A stretch of DNA of 64,000 nt from Camelus ferus. Lineage: Eukaryota. The notes under the pieces were generated by a model, which did not search any database, was not told the origin of the DNA, and saw only the letters and a program-made list of their open reading frames with translations. Below are positions 51,301 to 64,000 of this stretch, piece by piece. The translations under genes were made by a program, and so were the position numbers. The stretch covers positions 38,008,001 through 38,072,000 of the forward strand of contig NC_045696.1 in NCBI RefSeq assembly GCF_009834535.1. Reading direction: 5' to 3'. How positions within the stretch are numbered: the first letter of the stretch is position 1; each line of letters begins with the position of its first letter.

Positions 51301-52385
51301 CTCATTTACTCAAGGTCTACTCCTAAAAGGGAAGGGAAACATAAAGGTATTTATCTGGATAATTTAGTCCCAGAAGAATTTAACAGCAATATTCGATAAT
51401 GTGTCCTATTTTTTTCCCCATCATCTCTGTTCTCCCTGATCCTCTTAGCAGTGTCCACACGTAACACAACCTTGTAGATGCAGCCATATCCAGTCTCAGG
51501 AAAATTCTTTTTAAGTAGGATAGCAAAGGCAAAGGCTGCAAAGGCAGCCTCCTACACACCAACCTGTGGTTTATAATTTAAGTACACACCCTGAAACTAA
51601 GAGCCAGTAAGTTAGCTGTGACTCTTAAGGCTACCGTGTGGCTGTCACAATTGACCTCACACCACCCTGTGGATTTGGCTCCAGACATTTCCAATATATG
51701 CTTTATTTAGTGAGCTCTGTCCCTAATTCAGGGTCCCAGTTGCAGCCCCCCAAACTCCCTTTATCGCATCCTTCATTCTTATGAATTAAAATTTTATACT
51801 GCTTCCCCACCCTGTTGAAAATCTGGTTATTCTGCTCAGTAATCCAATGACTCTCCAGAAATAGAGCTAATGTACTCCAGCTACTTCCCACTATCCTTCC
51901 TCTCTCAGTGCCTCGGTTTTTGTCTCTTGATCTTTTTTTAACAAATGAATCTCTCAGAAATCACTTCCCATCCACATGTTGCTCCCAATGATAATCAATT
52001 AGATTTGCCTCTGCTGTGCCCTGACTCATTTCATGTTATCATCCCAGTTCCAGGGATGGCTCTTCTCTGTGCCTTAGACTGTCTGCTCCATCTCCTTATG
52101 CCTGTCTTACTTTTGCAGCCTTTCCCCCTTTCCATAATCTGCTGTTGATAATGACCCACCAAAGCTCTGCCACCTTCTTCTGCTTTAGTGTCAAGAGACA
52201 ATCTTTCTAATTTGTGATTTATATTTGTATTTATTTTGATTTGCACAGATACCTCAATTGAGTCTTTACTTTATATTTTTAATTACTTTCCTTAAGAACA
52301 TATTTCCTTAGAATAAAACACCTACCCTAGAAATGTAATGTAACCAAATCTCAAACACTTCTGTAAAAGGTAATACTATCTTTAA

Positions 52386-53377
52386 CACAGCTGGATTCAT
52401 GGACATGTAACCTGGCCAGTCATACAGAGTCCCAGGATAAGAAGGATTCCATGCTTGGTTTAATACTTTGCTGTAATCATCTTGAAATTCTTAATAATTT
52501 CATCTTTGAACTTGTGTTTTGAAGTGAATTCCAATGGACAATGGAGCATGAGCATGAATGAAGAAGTTATCTGCATGATGTGTCCACTGTTCTGGGTCAC
52601 CCTATTCCTATATAGTATGTGGTATCCCTATAGCACAGAATTCCACTGCATCCATAATGCGTGGGAGTTCGGTGAGACTTAACCTCAGAGAAGCTTGTTT
52701 TGTCTATAACTTAAGTAAGCAGAGGCTTTGACAACCCACAGAAGCCACACAGGGTCCATTAGACTGAAAATTTGCTTCAAATATAGAAAAGCAATAGCAC
52801 GGTAAGAAACATGAATGACAAAGGAAACTAACATATACTTTCCTTACTTATTTGTGTTAGTTCTCTGTATTAGCCAACCATGTACACTGAAAATGAGCAC
52901 ACAGAAGGAAAGGGCGACCCCTTTTCCTTTCCGATTTTCCTCATGTTTCAGAAAGCTGACAGTAGAGAGTTTTAATAAAACCTGCATATATTGAGAAGTG
53001 AAATGACAACAGTTCAGTTACTTTTGTGCATCATTTCCACTGTTCTGGTAGGAATAAAACACACAGGCCTATACAAGTATGAAATACAAATCGTGTGATT
53101 TCAGTAACTGTGCATATGAGTTCAATGGTCTAACACATACATTAAGAATAGAATTATACACTATAGAGACTAGTGGTAAAAATCCATGTTAATTATTTAT
53201 ATATATTTTTATTTAAAAATTAAATAAAAGTACTAACACAGGTCAAAAGCAAAACTGTGAAAAAATGTAAAAGCTTTGTATTTTAGTACCTTTAGTGGCA
53301 CTTTTAACTACTTTTTTAACAAATGGCTCTTTGTTTTCACTTTGCACTAGATCTCTCTAGTTGTGTAGCCGGCCCTG
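52386..53377 (+). mobile_element. Full-length MER45B/C-like hAT-Tip100 element
   Basis: 5' gcttggtttaatactttgctgtaatcatcttgaaattcttaataattt; 3' ttcactttgcact...gtagccggccctg; 8-bp TSD atctttaa / atccctaa (6/8). Confidence 0.88.
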
Positions 53378-53518
53378 ATCCCTAACAACATTTCTGAATG
53401 TGTTATGTAATCTGTAGCTGATTAATTGTCTTGCATTTTTAGTGGTCACAATGTATTGATTACAAGAATAAGTTTACTTCTTAAGAAGTTTCTATACTCT
53501 TATTTTTTTAATTAATTC

Positions 53519-53567
53519 TTTTTTTTTTTTTTTTTTTGAAGTATAGTCAGTTACAATGTGTCAGTTT
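53519..53567 (-). mobile_element. Extreme 3' tail of camelid-type L1
   Basis: poly(T) plus gaagtatagtcagttacaatgtgtca, same family as 44571-44848. Confidence 0.8.
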
Positions 53568-53569
53568 AT

Positions 53570-53655
53570 GTCCTGGGTTCAATCCCCAGTACCTCCATTA
53601 AAATAAAAAGATAAATAAACCTAATTATCTGCCCCCCAAAAAATAAACCAAAAAT
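53570..53655 (+). mobile_element. 3' half of Vic-1-like SINE
   Basis: gtcctgggttcaatccccagtacctccatt...aaataaacctaattatctgcccccc; no A box. Confidence 0.85.
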
Positions 53656-54782
53656 ACATCTATACTCTCTTTTATATTTATCTCCCCCTCCCCAGTAAAA
53701 CACTATAAAAAACTTAGCAGTGTTTCTTCTTGATCAATGAAGTGTCTCCCTTTTCCAACAGCATTTCCTGTAGAGACTCTGTACCCCCAGAGACTTAAAA
53801 CACACTGAAGTTTATTCTATTTTTCTTCATTTAGCTCCTCATTGCTAGAGAGCACAAGAGGATAAATAGGTTGTTTATCCAGGTGTGGTAGCACTGTTGT
53901 TAAACATACAACAGGCAAACTCTCAGTACCCTTCTTATACTCAGTGGGATAAAGCAAAAAATATCTTAATATATATATTTTCTGCTGTTATCCCCAGGTG
54001 TTTATTGCTGTCTTTTCCTCTAACTACATGAATAACATAACAAATACCTCTACGTTTAGAGGAAAAAGTAGGTTCTAGAGTGGACTACTTATCTGGTGGC
54101 CTGTACTCTGTCTTTCCCATCCCGGGAAAGCCCACACAGTATAAGTCTTGTCCTTGGAATACAACTTTTGAAATAAAATTAATTTTCCCCACTAATCTCC
54201 ATTTTCAGCATTTGACATACAATTGTTAGATCTTTAGAAAGATTATTTTTAAAGATACATTATCTGCTATCTGCAGGTTATCTGTTTTTGCATTTATATT
54301 AGAATGACATTTGAAACATCTGTTTAAAACAGCTTAATATGTTGTACATTGTGCATATATAAATTTAGAAGAAAGGAAAAAATATTAAATGGAAACTAAA
54401 ATTTTCTTAAAGCATTCTACAATGTAGCTTATTATCCAAAGACAAAGTTAGTATATGAAATTTGTACATTTCTTAATTATATTAAATTATAATTTTAATC
54501 TAATAAATTGATATTCAATTTGAATTAATATAAACTTACATTAAGTTTGATATTTAATTTATATTAAATTTTAAAATTTAGTAACCTCTAGAGTATCTAG
54601 TAGGTAATACAGTTAGCCTTAAAGAAGCAGTGAAATAAACTTCAACAATTTTATAAATTTAAAAAATAGAAAAACTTACTATTGAGTAAAACAAAATAGT
54701 ATGATTGACATTTCCTTGGAATGTATGGATTTTCTGGCAAGTGATTTTAACAGTCAAATTTTCCGTTCCAACATAAAAGACA

Positions 54783-55015
54783 ACATAGTATGGCAAGGTG
54801 TAAGAGCAGGTACTAGATAGCCAGTCCAGCTAGGTTGCCGCCCAAACTCCACCACCTTCAAAGTTATTTGAATTAAGTGAAGTACTCAACTTTCTCAGCA
54901 GAAAATGAGGATATTAGAACTAACCTCATAAGTACATTACAGTAATTATCTAAGTTAACATCTGTCAAATGCTTAGAACAACTACAAGCATATAATAATT
55001 GCTAGATATGTTTGG
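54783..55015 (+). mobile_element. MIR
   Basis: catagtatggcaaggtgtaagagc...aaaatgaggata...aacctcata...aaatgcttagaaca. Confidence 0.75.
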
Positions 55016-56199
55016 GTCCATAAAATTTAAGATTAATATACTTTATGGTATTAATACTACTTATTTTTCATAAACATACAATCATAAATAGGTGGATAGG
55101 TACGACTCCAAAAACCAGCGAGCCTACAAGAAAATGGCATTGGTACTGTTTTCTGGTGATAAAATTTTATATTTGTGAACTCATTGCACTGAAAAATGTT
55201 CTGTAGAATTTTAGCTACTGTCTAAATGTAGAATTTAGGTTGCAACACATGTGAATTAAATATACTTTGTTAAAGCACAAAAATTAAATTCAAGTTTAAA
55301 TCAATTACTGAAATATAGGTAATACAGAGAATCAAAATGGAAAATAGGCCTAGGAAAGTTAGCTGAGCCGTAACAGTCATAAGGCTGATACGTGTTACAC
55401 ACAATAATATTAAAATATAAACCAGTCCGATTTTGACTTATCACTAAATCTTGCCTAATTATGCTAATTCCTAAATAATTTGAGATTTATCATAATCAAG
55501 CATTGATCCACTTGATATAATAATCACATACTCATTTCAGCAGCAGAAAATACCACTTTAAGATATTCATTGTAGGGATCTGAGTACCTTTTTATCCATT
55601 GTCAAATTAAAAGGGTTGAAATAAACAGTATTTTGTCACCTTTATGCTAAAATCTGAAACTGAGTGGGGTTGAGTCCTTAGAAGGGGAGCAAGGGTAGAT
55701 GAAATCAAGTTGAAGCTGGTTTTTGTTTGCCTTTCTGAAATCAAGGTAAATGAGAGCCTTCTGCATCCAGCAGAGAGGCTACAGCTCTGTCTAGTAATAG
55801 CTAAAGAGAAGCTAATCAATTCTAGAAATTGAGAGCAATGGAATATTGTGAAGTTAATTACCAAAGCCACGTAAATCATGCACCATCTGATTGCTTTGGT
55901 GTTGTTTTGTTTTCATTTCTATGGACAAGTTAACTGTCTAAACCTGTAGTCTAAATGAATGGATCCATTTTAGAATGAATAACAGTGTATTACCGAGTAG
56001 TATTATTAAGATAAATTAAATATATATAGTCTTACATGTTTAGTAGAGAAATCAAATGGGAAATTGAATGGAATTTCTTCCACTACTAAAGTCCTGGCAT
56101 GTAGAATCTTACTGTGCACTTTGACCTTCAGCAGCTCTGGACAATTTGTCAAACCTGACACAATTTTATGCCCCCATTTTTTTTATTTAAGTTGTCCCA

Positions 56200-58950
56200 G
56201 AATATCTTCCGTTTGAAATCCAAATTAAACTTAATTCAAATATGGCCTCTTGTTTGAAGTCATGACTGATCAAATTCCCAAATGAATTTTTCTCCAGGTT
56301 GTGTTGCCTTTTCGGGCTTTTTCTATAATTTTTAAAAAATTTTGTGCAAGAAGTCCTTTCCTGTCACAGAGGTGAGAATCTATTCTTCAATCTCTAAAAT
56401 TATAGAAAAAAAAATAAGGGTCCTAAATAAAGCCTAAATTTTTCCTCAACAATGTATACAATTTTTAATGTAAGTTTTAATACTTGTTGAAGTTGAGATC
56501 TCATTTTATATTTTTCTAAATCAGTTATGAATTGTCCTAATTTTACTAATTAAATATTCCATTATATCCCTTCATTTGAAAGCCACCTTGACTATATACT
56601 AAATATTCATAACTCATGTTTACTTCTTGATTTTCCAGTGTTGCACTTCTTGATTTGTCCTTCAGTTCTGATATAATATTTTCATTACAATATATTTTTT
56701 TAAATTTTTCATAGCTGGGAGGACAAGTTCAAGATCTTTCTCTTCCTAGCCCCACATTTTCTTTCTAAAATTTGTCTACCTTGTACTTGCACAATCACAC
56801 TTCTATCTATGAATTTAAGAATATTCAAGATGTTACTTAATTTCAAAGAAAGAAACTGTTGCAATTGGGATTGGGATAGTAGTAACTTTATACACTAACA
56901 TGGAATATAATTGCTATCTTTAAAACAGTTTTGTATCCATTAAACTGGTTTATGTTTCTATTTATTTAGGATTATTTTATTCCCTTCAATAATGTTTTAT
57001 AATTTTTCACCAAAAAGTTCAATGCATTTCTTATTAGGTATACTGCTAGACATTCCATAATTTTTTCTCAATTGTTTTGGAATCTCTTCTATTGCATTTT
57101 CTAATTTGTTACTCTTGTTGTGTAGGGACATTATTGATTTTCTTATTTTGATCTTGGTTCTAGCCACCCTGATGGACTATCTTAAATCACATTTTTTTGT
57201 TAGTTGATTGTACTCAGTTTTTATGGAAACAAGTACATCATCTGAAGATAATGAAAATTTAACTGTATTTTTCAAACTTTTTAAATCATACTTCTTTTTC
57301 TTTCCTTAACGTATCTGTTAGGATGTCCACTATCACCTTGAATGTTAGTAAAACAAACAATATTTTTCTTATTTCTGACTTTAATTAAAATGATTCTATT
57401 ACTTGACAAATATAATGTTTAATATAAATTTCTGCTACATACATTTTCTCAAAATTGTGAAATTTTATTTGTTATCCTGTGTCTTTCTTCCTGTTATTTC
57501 CCCATTCTATTGAGTGTGAAATAGTATGTCATTGTGGCTTTAATTTGCGTTTTCCTGATAGTTAATATTGAACACCATTTCATGTGCTCATTGGCCATTA
57601 TTATATATACAGTTTCTTGAGATATATAATTGACATTTGCAAATTAATTTCAGGTTGTAACATAATGATTCAATTTATGTACACATTGCAAAATGATCAC
57701 CACAATTAGTATAGTTAACATTCATTATCATACATATTTTTTTTCCTGTGATGAAAACTTTTAAGATCTGCTCTCTTAGCAACTTTTAAATATACAATTT
57801 AGTATTATTGTAAACTATAGTTGCCACGCTGTGTACTACATACTGAAAACCCATTTATTCTATGACTGTAAGTTTGTACCTTTTGATCACCTTCACCCAT
57901 TTTACGAATTCCCCACCACTGCCTCTGGCAACCACCAATCTGTTCTCTGTTGTTTTGTTTGGTTTTGGTTATTTTTACACTCTACATACGTGTGAGATCA
58001 TATGTTGTTTGTCTTTCTCTGTCTGATTCATTTTACTTAGCATAATTCCCTCAAGGTTCATCTATGTTGTTGCAAATGGCAGGATTTTCTTCTTTTTTAT
58101 GGTTGAATAATGTTCCACTATATATACCACATTTTCCTTGTCCATTCATTCATTGATGAACACTTAGATTGTTTCCATGTCTTGGCTATTGTAAACAATG
58201 TTGAAATAAACGTGTGGGTATAGATATCTTTCTGAATTAGTATTTTTGTTTCTTTTGGATAAATACCCAGAAGTAGAATTTCTAGATCATATGGTAGTTC
58301 TATTTTTAATTTTTTGAGAAACCCTTGTTTCTTAGAGCATTTTCTATCAGTGTGTCTTTAATTGTATTAACTTTCTTGATAAATCCATGGAGTTTATCAT
58401 ATATATTATTATTTTAATTTCTTCTGCAGTGGATTACATTGATAACACTTTCTAATACTGATCAATCTTGCATTTCAGGTTAATGCTTACTTCTTTGGGA
58501 TACACTCTTCTTTTAAAGCATCTCACATGAAATTTGAGGACATGTTGTTTAGGAATATTGATTAATATACACAAATTAATTTGGCCTTTATTTTAACTTT
58601 CTTTTGTTATCTTTGTAGAGTTTTGATTTCAGAGTTATCTTAACTTGAAAAGTAAATTATTAGTTTTTCAGCTTTTACATGCTTTGAAACAATTTTACAT
58701 TGTGAATTATCATTCCTTAAAAGTAACCTGGAAGTGTAAATCTTTATAATCCCTTAGATTTTTAACAGTATGATTTTTATTATATTTTAAATTTCTTCCA
58801 TTTATGAGTTTATACCAATTCATCATTTCAGAAAAATCTGGATTGTATATTTTCTCATAAAAATATCATTTTTCCAGCATTTTAATTTAAAATTTTGTAC
58901 AAATAGGAAATCCTCAGGTAAGTTTTAAATACTCCATATTTGTAGGTAAG
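56200..58950 (-). mobile_element. Old antisense L1 ORF2 remnants
   Basis: ttggaatctcttctattgcattttctaatttgtt, attattgattttc, ggattacattgataacactttctaata. Confidence 0.75.
57610..58325 (-). mobile_element. Nested L1MA-like 3' end
   Basis: ttgagatatataattgac...ctctggcaaccaccaatctgttctctg...catatggtagttctatttttaa. Confidence 0.9.
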
Positions 58951-58954
58951 TTTT

Positions 58955-60100
58955 CTTATTTTCCTCAGTTTTAAGGAGATATAATTGACATACAACATTG
59001 TATAAGCTTAAGGTGTACAATATGATAATTTGATCACATATATATTGTAAAATGATTACCAAAATAAGGTTAATTAACATATCTACCATATCACATAATC
59101 ATAGTGTTTTGAGTTTGAAGAGGGGCGGGTGGTTGGGTATGCACGTGTGATGAGAACATTTAAGTTTACTTCCTAAGCAACTTTTAAGTATATAATATTC
59201 TCTTGTGAAGTACTGTTACCATGTTGAAAATTAGATCCCCAGAATTCATCTTATAACTGGAAATTTGCTTCCTTTAACCAAGACCTTCCCATTTCTTCCA
59301 TCCTGACCCTTCAAAAAAGAAACCCTGGCAACAACCCTTGCTCTCTGTATGAGTTTGGATTGGTTTTCTTTAGATTCCACGTGTAAGTGAGATCAACAGT
59401 ATTTGCCCTTTCTCTGACTTATTTCACTTAGTATAATACCCTCAAGGTCCATCCATGTTGTTGCAGATGACATGATTTCCTTCTTTTTTAACAGCTGAAT
59501 ATTCCATTGTGTGTGTATATCATTTCCTTATATTCCTCCATCAATGGACACATGGGTTGTTTCCATTTCTTTATCTATCATGAATAATTCCTGAATGAAC
59601 ATAAGGGTACAGATACCTCTTTGAGATACTGATTTCATTTCTTTCAGACATAATCTCAGAAATCTCATATGGTAGTTCTATTTTTAACTTTTTGAGGAAC
59701 TCCACATTGTTTTTCACAGTAACTGTAACAATTTACATTTCCACCAACAGTGTACTAGGCTTACTTTTTCTCCTCATCCTTACCAACACTTGTTATCCCT
59801 TTTCTTTTTTATAATAGCCATTCTGTCACATGTGAAGTAATACCTCACTGTGGTTCTGATTTGCATTTCCCTATTAGAGATGTTGAGCATCATTTCAAAT
59901 ACCTGTTGGTTATTTGGATATCTTCTTTGGAAAAAAATATTTATTCAGGTCTTCTATACATCTTTAATTGAATTATTTTGGGGTTTTTTGTTTGTAATTG
60001 AGTTTGAAGAATTCCTTATAACATTTATATTTTAACACTTTATCTGTTAAATGGTTTGAAAATATTTTCTCCCATTTCATAGATTGTCTTTTCACTTTGC
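58955..60100 (-). mobile_element. L1MA-like 3' end and ORF2 end
   Basis: gagatataattgacatacaacattg...tttttgaggaactccacattg...aatattttctcccatttcatag. Confidence 0.9.
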
Positions 60101-60584
60101 TTGGGCAAATGCTACACTGATTCTGCTGCCTCTGCTGGAATATTAACAAGGAAACTCAAGGTCTGGGCTGGGACTATAACACTCCAGATAAAACTACTTG
60201 GGGGAATTTTCAGGGGTCCTGGAATGTGGATCACATGGTATCACAGATGCTATGTAATGGCACAAGGAGTCAGCAAGCAAGAGAAGAAAGAATATCCAAA
60301 GAAGGTAAACCTCTCATGACGTAATACCAAAAAAGGAGATGTTCTTTCACATCTACAAATTCCTCTCAGAAAACATAAATTTTACTACTTTATTTTTGAA
60401 GGAGACTTATAGAAATATAAAGTGTACAAAAATATCTCAAATGCATTAAAATGATATGTGTAAGATCCGCACAACAGAGTCTCCTAAGATCATGGTTTAC
60501 ACAGCTGAATTCCTGTACTTCCTCCTCCTCCACCATGGCAAATTGTAAAATTGTCTCATAATTTACCCTTTTATCCTCATTTTT

Positions 60585-61320
60585 GGACACTCAACTCTTA
60601 ACACTGTTTCTGGGTTTTGCCATGTGATTGCTTTGGGCAACTGGACTTTAGCAAATATAACATAACTAGAAATTTTAAAGTTCTTATACATTGGGCTTGC
60701 CCTGTCTTAAATTTGTTTGAAACTAGCCACCATGTGAAGTGCAGCCATATCAGAAAACCTCACTGAGAAGCCTCATTCAAGAAATCTCATCTGCACCTGG
60801 ACTTGATTTAGATGGATGAAATTAAGAGATTCAACTTTTGGAGGAGGTTGAGTACATTTTCCCATAAAAGAGATTTAAATTAGTACAACGAGAGAATAAA
60901 ATGCAACCAACTGCAGATTGTCATCATATTCACCCTTTCTGCATCTAATGCCCTTGGGCCTTTCTTCCCACAGATTCTGAGACTGGCCATGTAACTTGCT
61001 TTGGCATATGGGACCATATCAAGTGTGATACAGGGAGAAATTCGACAAGTGTTTGCTCACAGGGCTTGTCCTCTCTTGTGCTTTTGAAATGCAATTACCA
61101 TGTGAAGTAGCTCAAGGCAATCATGACACATAAGTGAAGTTATCCAGTTAACCTAGCAGCTAAGTACAGCTATGTGAATGAGCTAGGCAAGTCCAGCTGA
61201 AGAATGACCAAGCTAAGCTCAGACAAGATTCCCAAAGCAAAGAATCATGAGCTGTTAAACAATTGTTTGAAGCCACTGAATTTTGGGATACTTTGTTATC
61301 TGGCAATAGCTAACTGATGT
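60585..61320 (+). mobile_element. MaLR LTR pieces (MLT1E/F/G-like)
   Basis: gccatgtgattgctttgg occurs twice in related form; agccactgaattttggg...gcaatagctaactgat end. Confidence 0.75.
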
Positions 61321-61718
61321 AACCCCAACCCTATACCTCATCTTGGCTAGCCCATTGTATAACCATGATAAAAACTGCAATCAGAAAATAGCCTTCTGTC
61401 TTTCTGAGGGAAAAATTATAGATAGCATAGTTTCTATTTTTCAGACTTATTCATATAAAATATTTTAACAAGGAATATTTTACAGATAACTGGGGAAATG
61501 TAATTTTCTAATATTCTTTTTTACTGACATTAATTATTAATGCTTTGCATTTTCTTTTCAAATGATGTTAATTGAAAATATTTCATTCAGAAAATGTATC
61601 ACAATTTACAATGAATAAACAGACCTTTAAAAAAACAGGATGCAGTGCTATTTCTCCAACAGCTGATAAGCAACCACGGCAGGTTTCCACACATCTACTG
61701 GATTTTCCAAGAAAATGA

Positions 61719-61732
61719 GTTACCATAGCAAC
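61719..61732. promoter_or_regulatory. RFX X-box motif
   Basis: GTTACCATAGCAAC matches the X-box consensus GTNRCCATRGYAAC. Confidence 0.4.
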
Positions 61733-62186
61733 TCCAAAATCATATGATATACTTTTAGACTATTGCTAGTCACTAATGTTTCTTTAAATACGAATACATG
61801 TATACATATACCAATGCATGATTAAACACATTGATTCATGATAAATTAGGGTATAACATTTATAAACACTGCTGCTTTTTAAAATAAAAACAATATCCTG
61901 ATCCAAACACTTTCAATCATTTCACCTGTAGAAGTAAGTATCTAGAAAGCCAGCTTTGCAATGGATCTCAGAGACCTAATATTATACAAAAACTCTACTG
62001 ATCCTGCTATCTCCATGTCAGAGACTGAAAGTAGCTCTGGGAGGACCAGGAAAGAACAGCAAATAGAAATCCCTAATAAATACATGAAAACTCCGGACAC
62101 GAATTCCTACTTAACAGCCATTAGTTAATGGAAAAGAAGAGGCAAGAACAGGTATAAATGTGGGGGGAAAAGCAAACCAGTACTTT

Positions 62187-62662
62187 AGTCTTACCTTGTT
62201 TTACTGCACTTCACTTTACTATGATTTTTGCACTTATTTCATATTTTATAAATTGAAGGTTTGTGGCAACCCTGTATCAAGTAAGTCTAACAGTGCCATT
62301 TTTCCAACAACATTTGTTCACTTTGTGTCTCTGTGTCACTTTATGGTAAATCTCTCAATATTTCAAATATTTCATTTTTTTTTTTTTTGGTGATCTCTGA
62401 TCAGTGATTTTTGATGTTACTACTGCAAAAAAGATTTTGTTTTACAAAAAGCACAGGTGATGATTAGCATTTTTTAACAATAAAGTTTTTTTTTTAATTA
62501 AGGTATGTGCATTGTTTTTTTTAAGACATAATGCTATTGCACACTTAATAGACTATAGTTTATTGTAAACATAACTTTTACATGCACTGGGAAACCAAAA
62601 AATCATGTGACCCACCTTATTGCATTATTCATTTACTGTGATGGTCTGGAAACAAACCCATA
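62187..62662 (+). mobile_element. Tigger1 internal-deletion derivative
   Basis: aaattgaaggtttgtggcaaccctg...agacataatgctattgcacacttaatagacta...gcactgggaaaccaaaaaat. Confidence 0.92.
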
Positions 62663-62664
62663 CT

Positions 62665-62950
62665 TTTCCCTACTTTGACTCAATATCTAGTACTTTTCCA
62701 CTTCAATCCTTTGCCCCTCACATCCCTCATACTCTTCCCCTACCTTGGGGTCCATAAAACTACCAGAGCCTTTGTTGTGGCTCCCTCAACAGTGAGATGA
62801 CTCACCCCTCATGTCTACCCTGATCCACCTGACCTTTGATTTGTGTACCATACCACAGGGGAAAGTGGAACAGAGAGAGTCCATGTTTTCCCCTGTTTTA
62901 GCTTCTTGTTTATATCACTGTGGTAAGTGATGAAGGGCTTAACTCTTTCA
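62665..62950 (+). mobile_element. Probable LTR fragment
   Basis: C-rich block with cataaaa TATA-like site abutting the truncated Tigger1 end. Confidence 0.45.
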
Positions 62951-63284
62951 TTCTTTTCCCAGCTTCTCAGACACCTGACTCCCACCCTCAGCTGAGCTCC
63001 AGACACACGGCATTCACACCCTGTCAAAGTTTGCTCCAGTGTATCTTCAGGGAATCTTCTCCCTCAGCAACTTCCCCCATATCTCAGATTCAGCCACACT
63101 ATACTTGCACTAGTCTTCACATTTATTCTTTCTTATTCCTTGCTCTGTTATGCCACTGTGTAACAGAAAAATAACTGATATTGCTAAAGAACAACGTACA
63201 AATCTTCCCATCTCAGTTATATTTACCTTTATGCTGCCCCACCTTGTAAGAGCTTTAACACAGTTTTGTGTAAAATATTAGGTT

Positions 63285-63420
63285 ACACTGCAATTTATAT
63301 GTCTATGTATTTCTTCTTTTAACAATGATTGAGCTCTTGTAAGCCAAGGGCTGAATCACATTTTTGTCTACATCCCTAGTTCCTAACTCAGGGCTTAGCA
63401 CAAAATAAGGCACTTAAAAA
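63285..63420 (+). mobile_element. L2 3' end
   Basis: tgagctcttgtaagccaaggg...atccctagttcctaactcagggcttagcacaaaataaggcactta. Confidence 0.75.
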
Positions 63421-64000
63421 AAAAACAAAAAACTCTAGATTCCTAAAGAATATTTTTAGATTTCATCATAACAGTGAATTAAATGTTGTGTTTGGTAATG
63501 TGTTGAAAAGACAGATGATAGGAATAGGGAGGAATACTTGATCTTGATTGCTTAAAACATTTGTGTGAAGCACAGCTGAACCTGAATTTATTTTTCTCAA
63601 AGATTGTTATATAAAATTATAGTTGTAACATTCCTATGAATTGATGTAATTGAAAAGCTACATAATGAAAAACCCTTCCTCTATACTTCAAAGAATTTCT
63701 ATAATGCATGTGAGTGAGTTTTGAGTTTTATACATTAATTTTATGAATATTGTTGAAATAAAGCATGGTATTCATATAGCTTAGTCTTAGTCTAAAAGTA
63801 TGGTGCTTTTCTTATTTTGTTGGTAAAATCATTAAAATTATAACTTTTATTCTCAAAAATAAAAAATAATTTTGACAAACTTTTGATTTTATGCAAAGCC
63901 TAGAATTATATTAAAAGAAAATGTAATCAACTCTATTTTATATTTTGTTTTTAAATTAAAACTATAAACATGAACTTTATTTTTAAATTCCTCCTCAGAT

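Noticed and set aside
61663..61682. Possible 20-nt micro-exon
   Set aside because: Donor GTTTCC is very weak
1..64000. CRISPR arrays, operons or prokaryotic defence systems
   Set aside because: Mammalian repeat-rich DNA; no repeat-spacer periodicity or dense coding

Overview
AT-rich, CpG-poor mammalian genomic DNA (intergenic or deep intronic) with one 100-N assembly gap. The tRNA-derived SINE (39.8 kb, 53.6 kb) and the young L1 3' UTRs resemble camelid (alpaca/camel) families; this is recognition from memory, not a search result. Roughly half the window is interspersed repeat: L1 of several ages (often nested), L2, MIR, MaLR/ERV LTRs and hAT/Tigger DNA transposons. I recognise no protein-coding gene, RNA gene or CpG island, and the supplied ORFs are chance ORFs or L1 remnants. 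No novel system is demonstrable from sequence alone. The best leads are a candidate promoter plus spliced exons with a small ORF (21.2-28.4 kb), candidate exons near 1.4-1.7 kb, three transcription-factor motif clusters (TCF/AP-1/FOX, MEIS/PBX, RFX) and several unusual retrotransposition structures. Repeat boundaries are approximate unless a TSD is given, and subfamily names are by eye.
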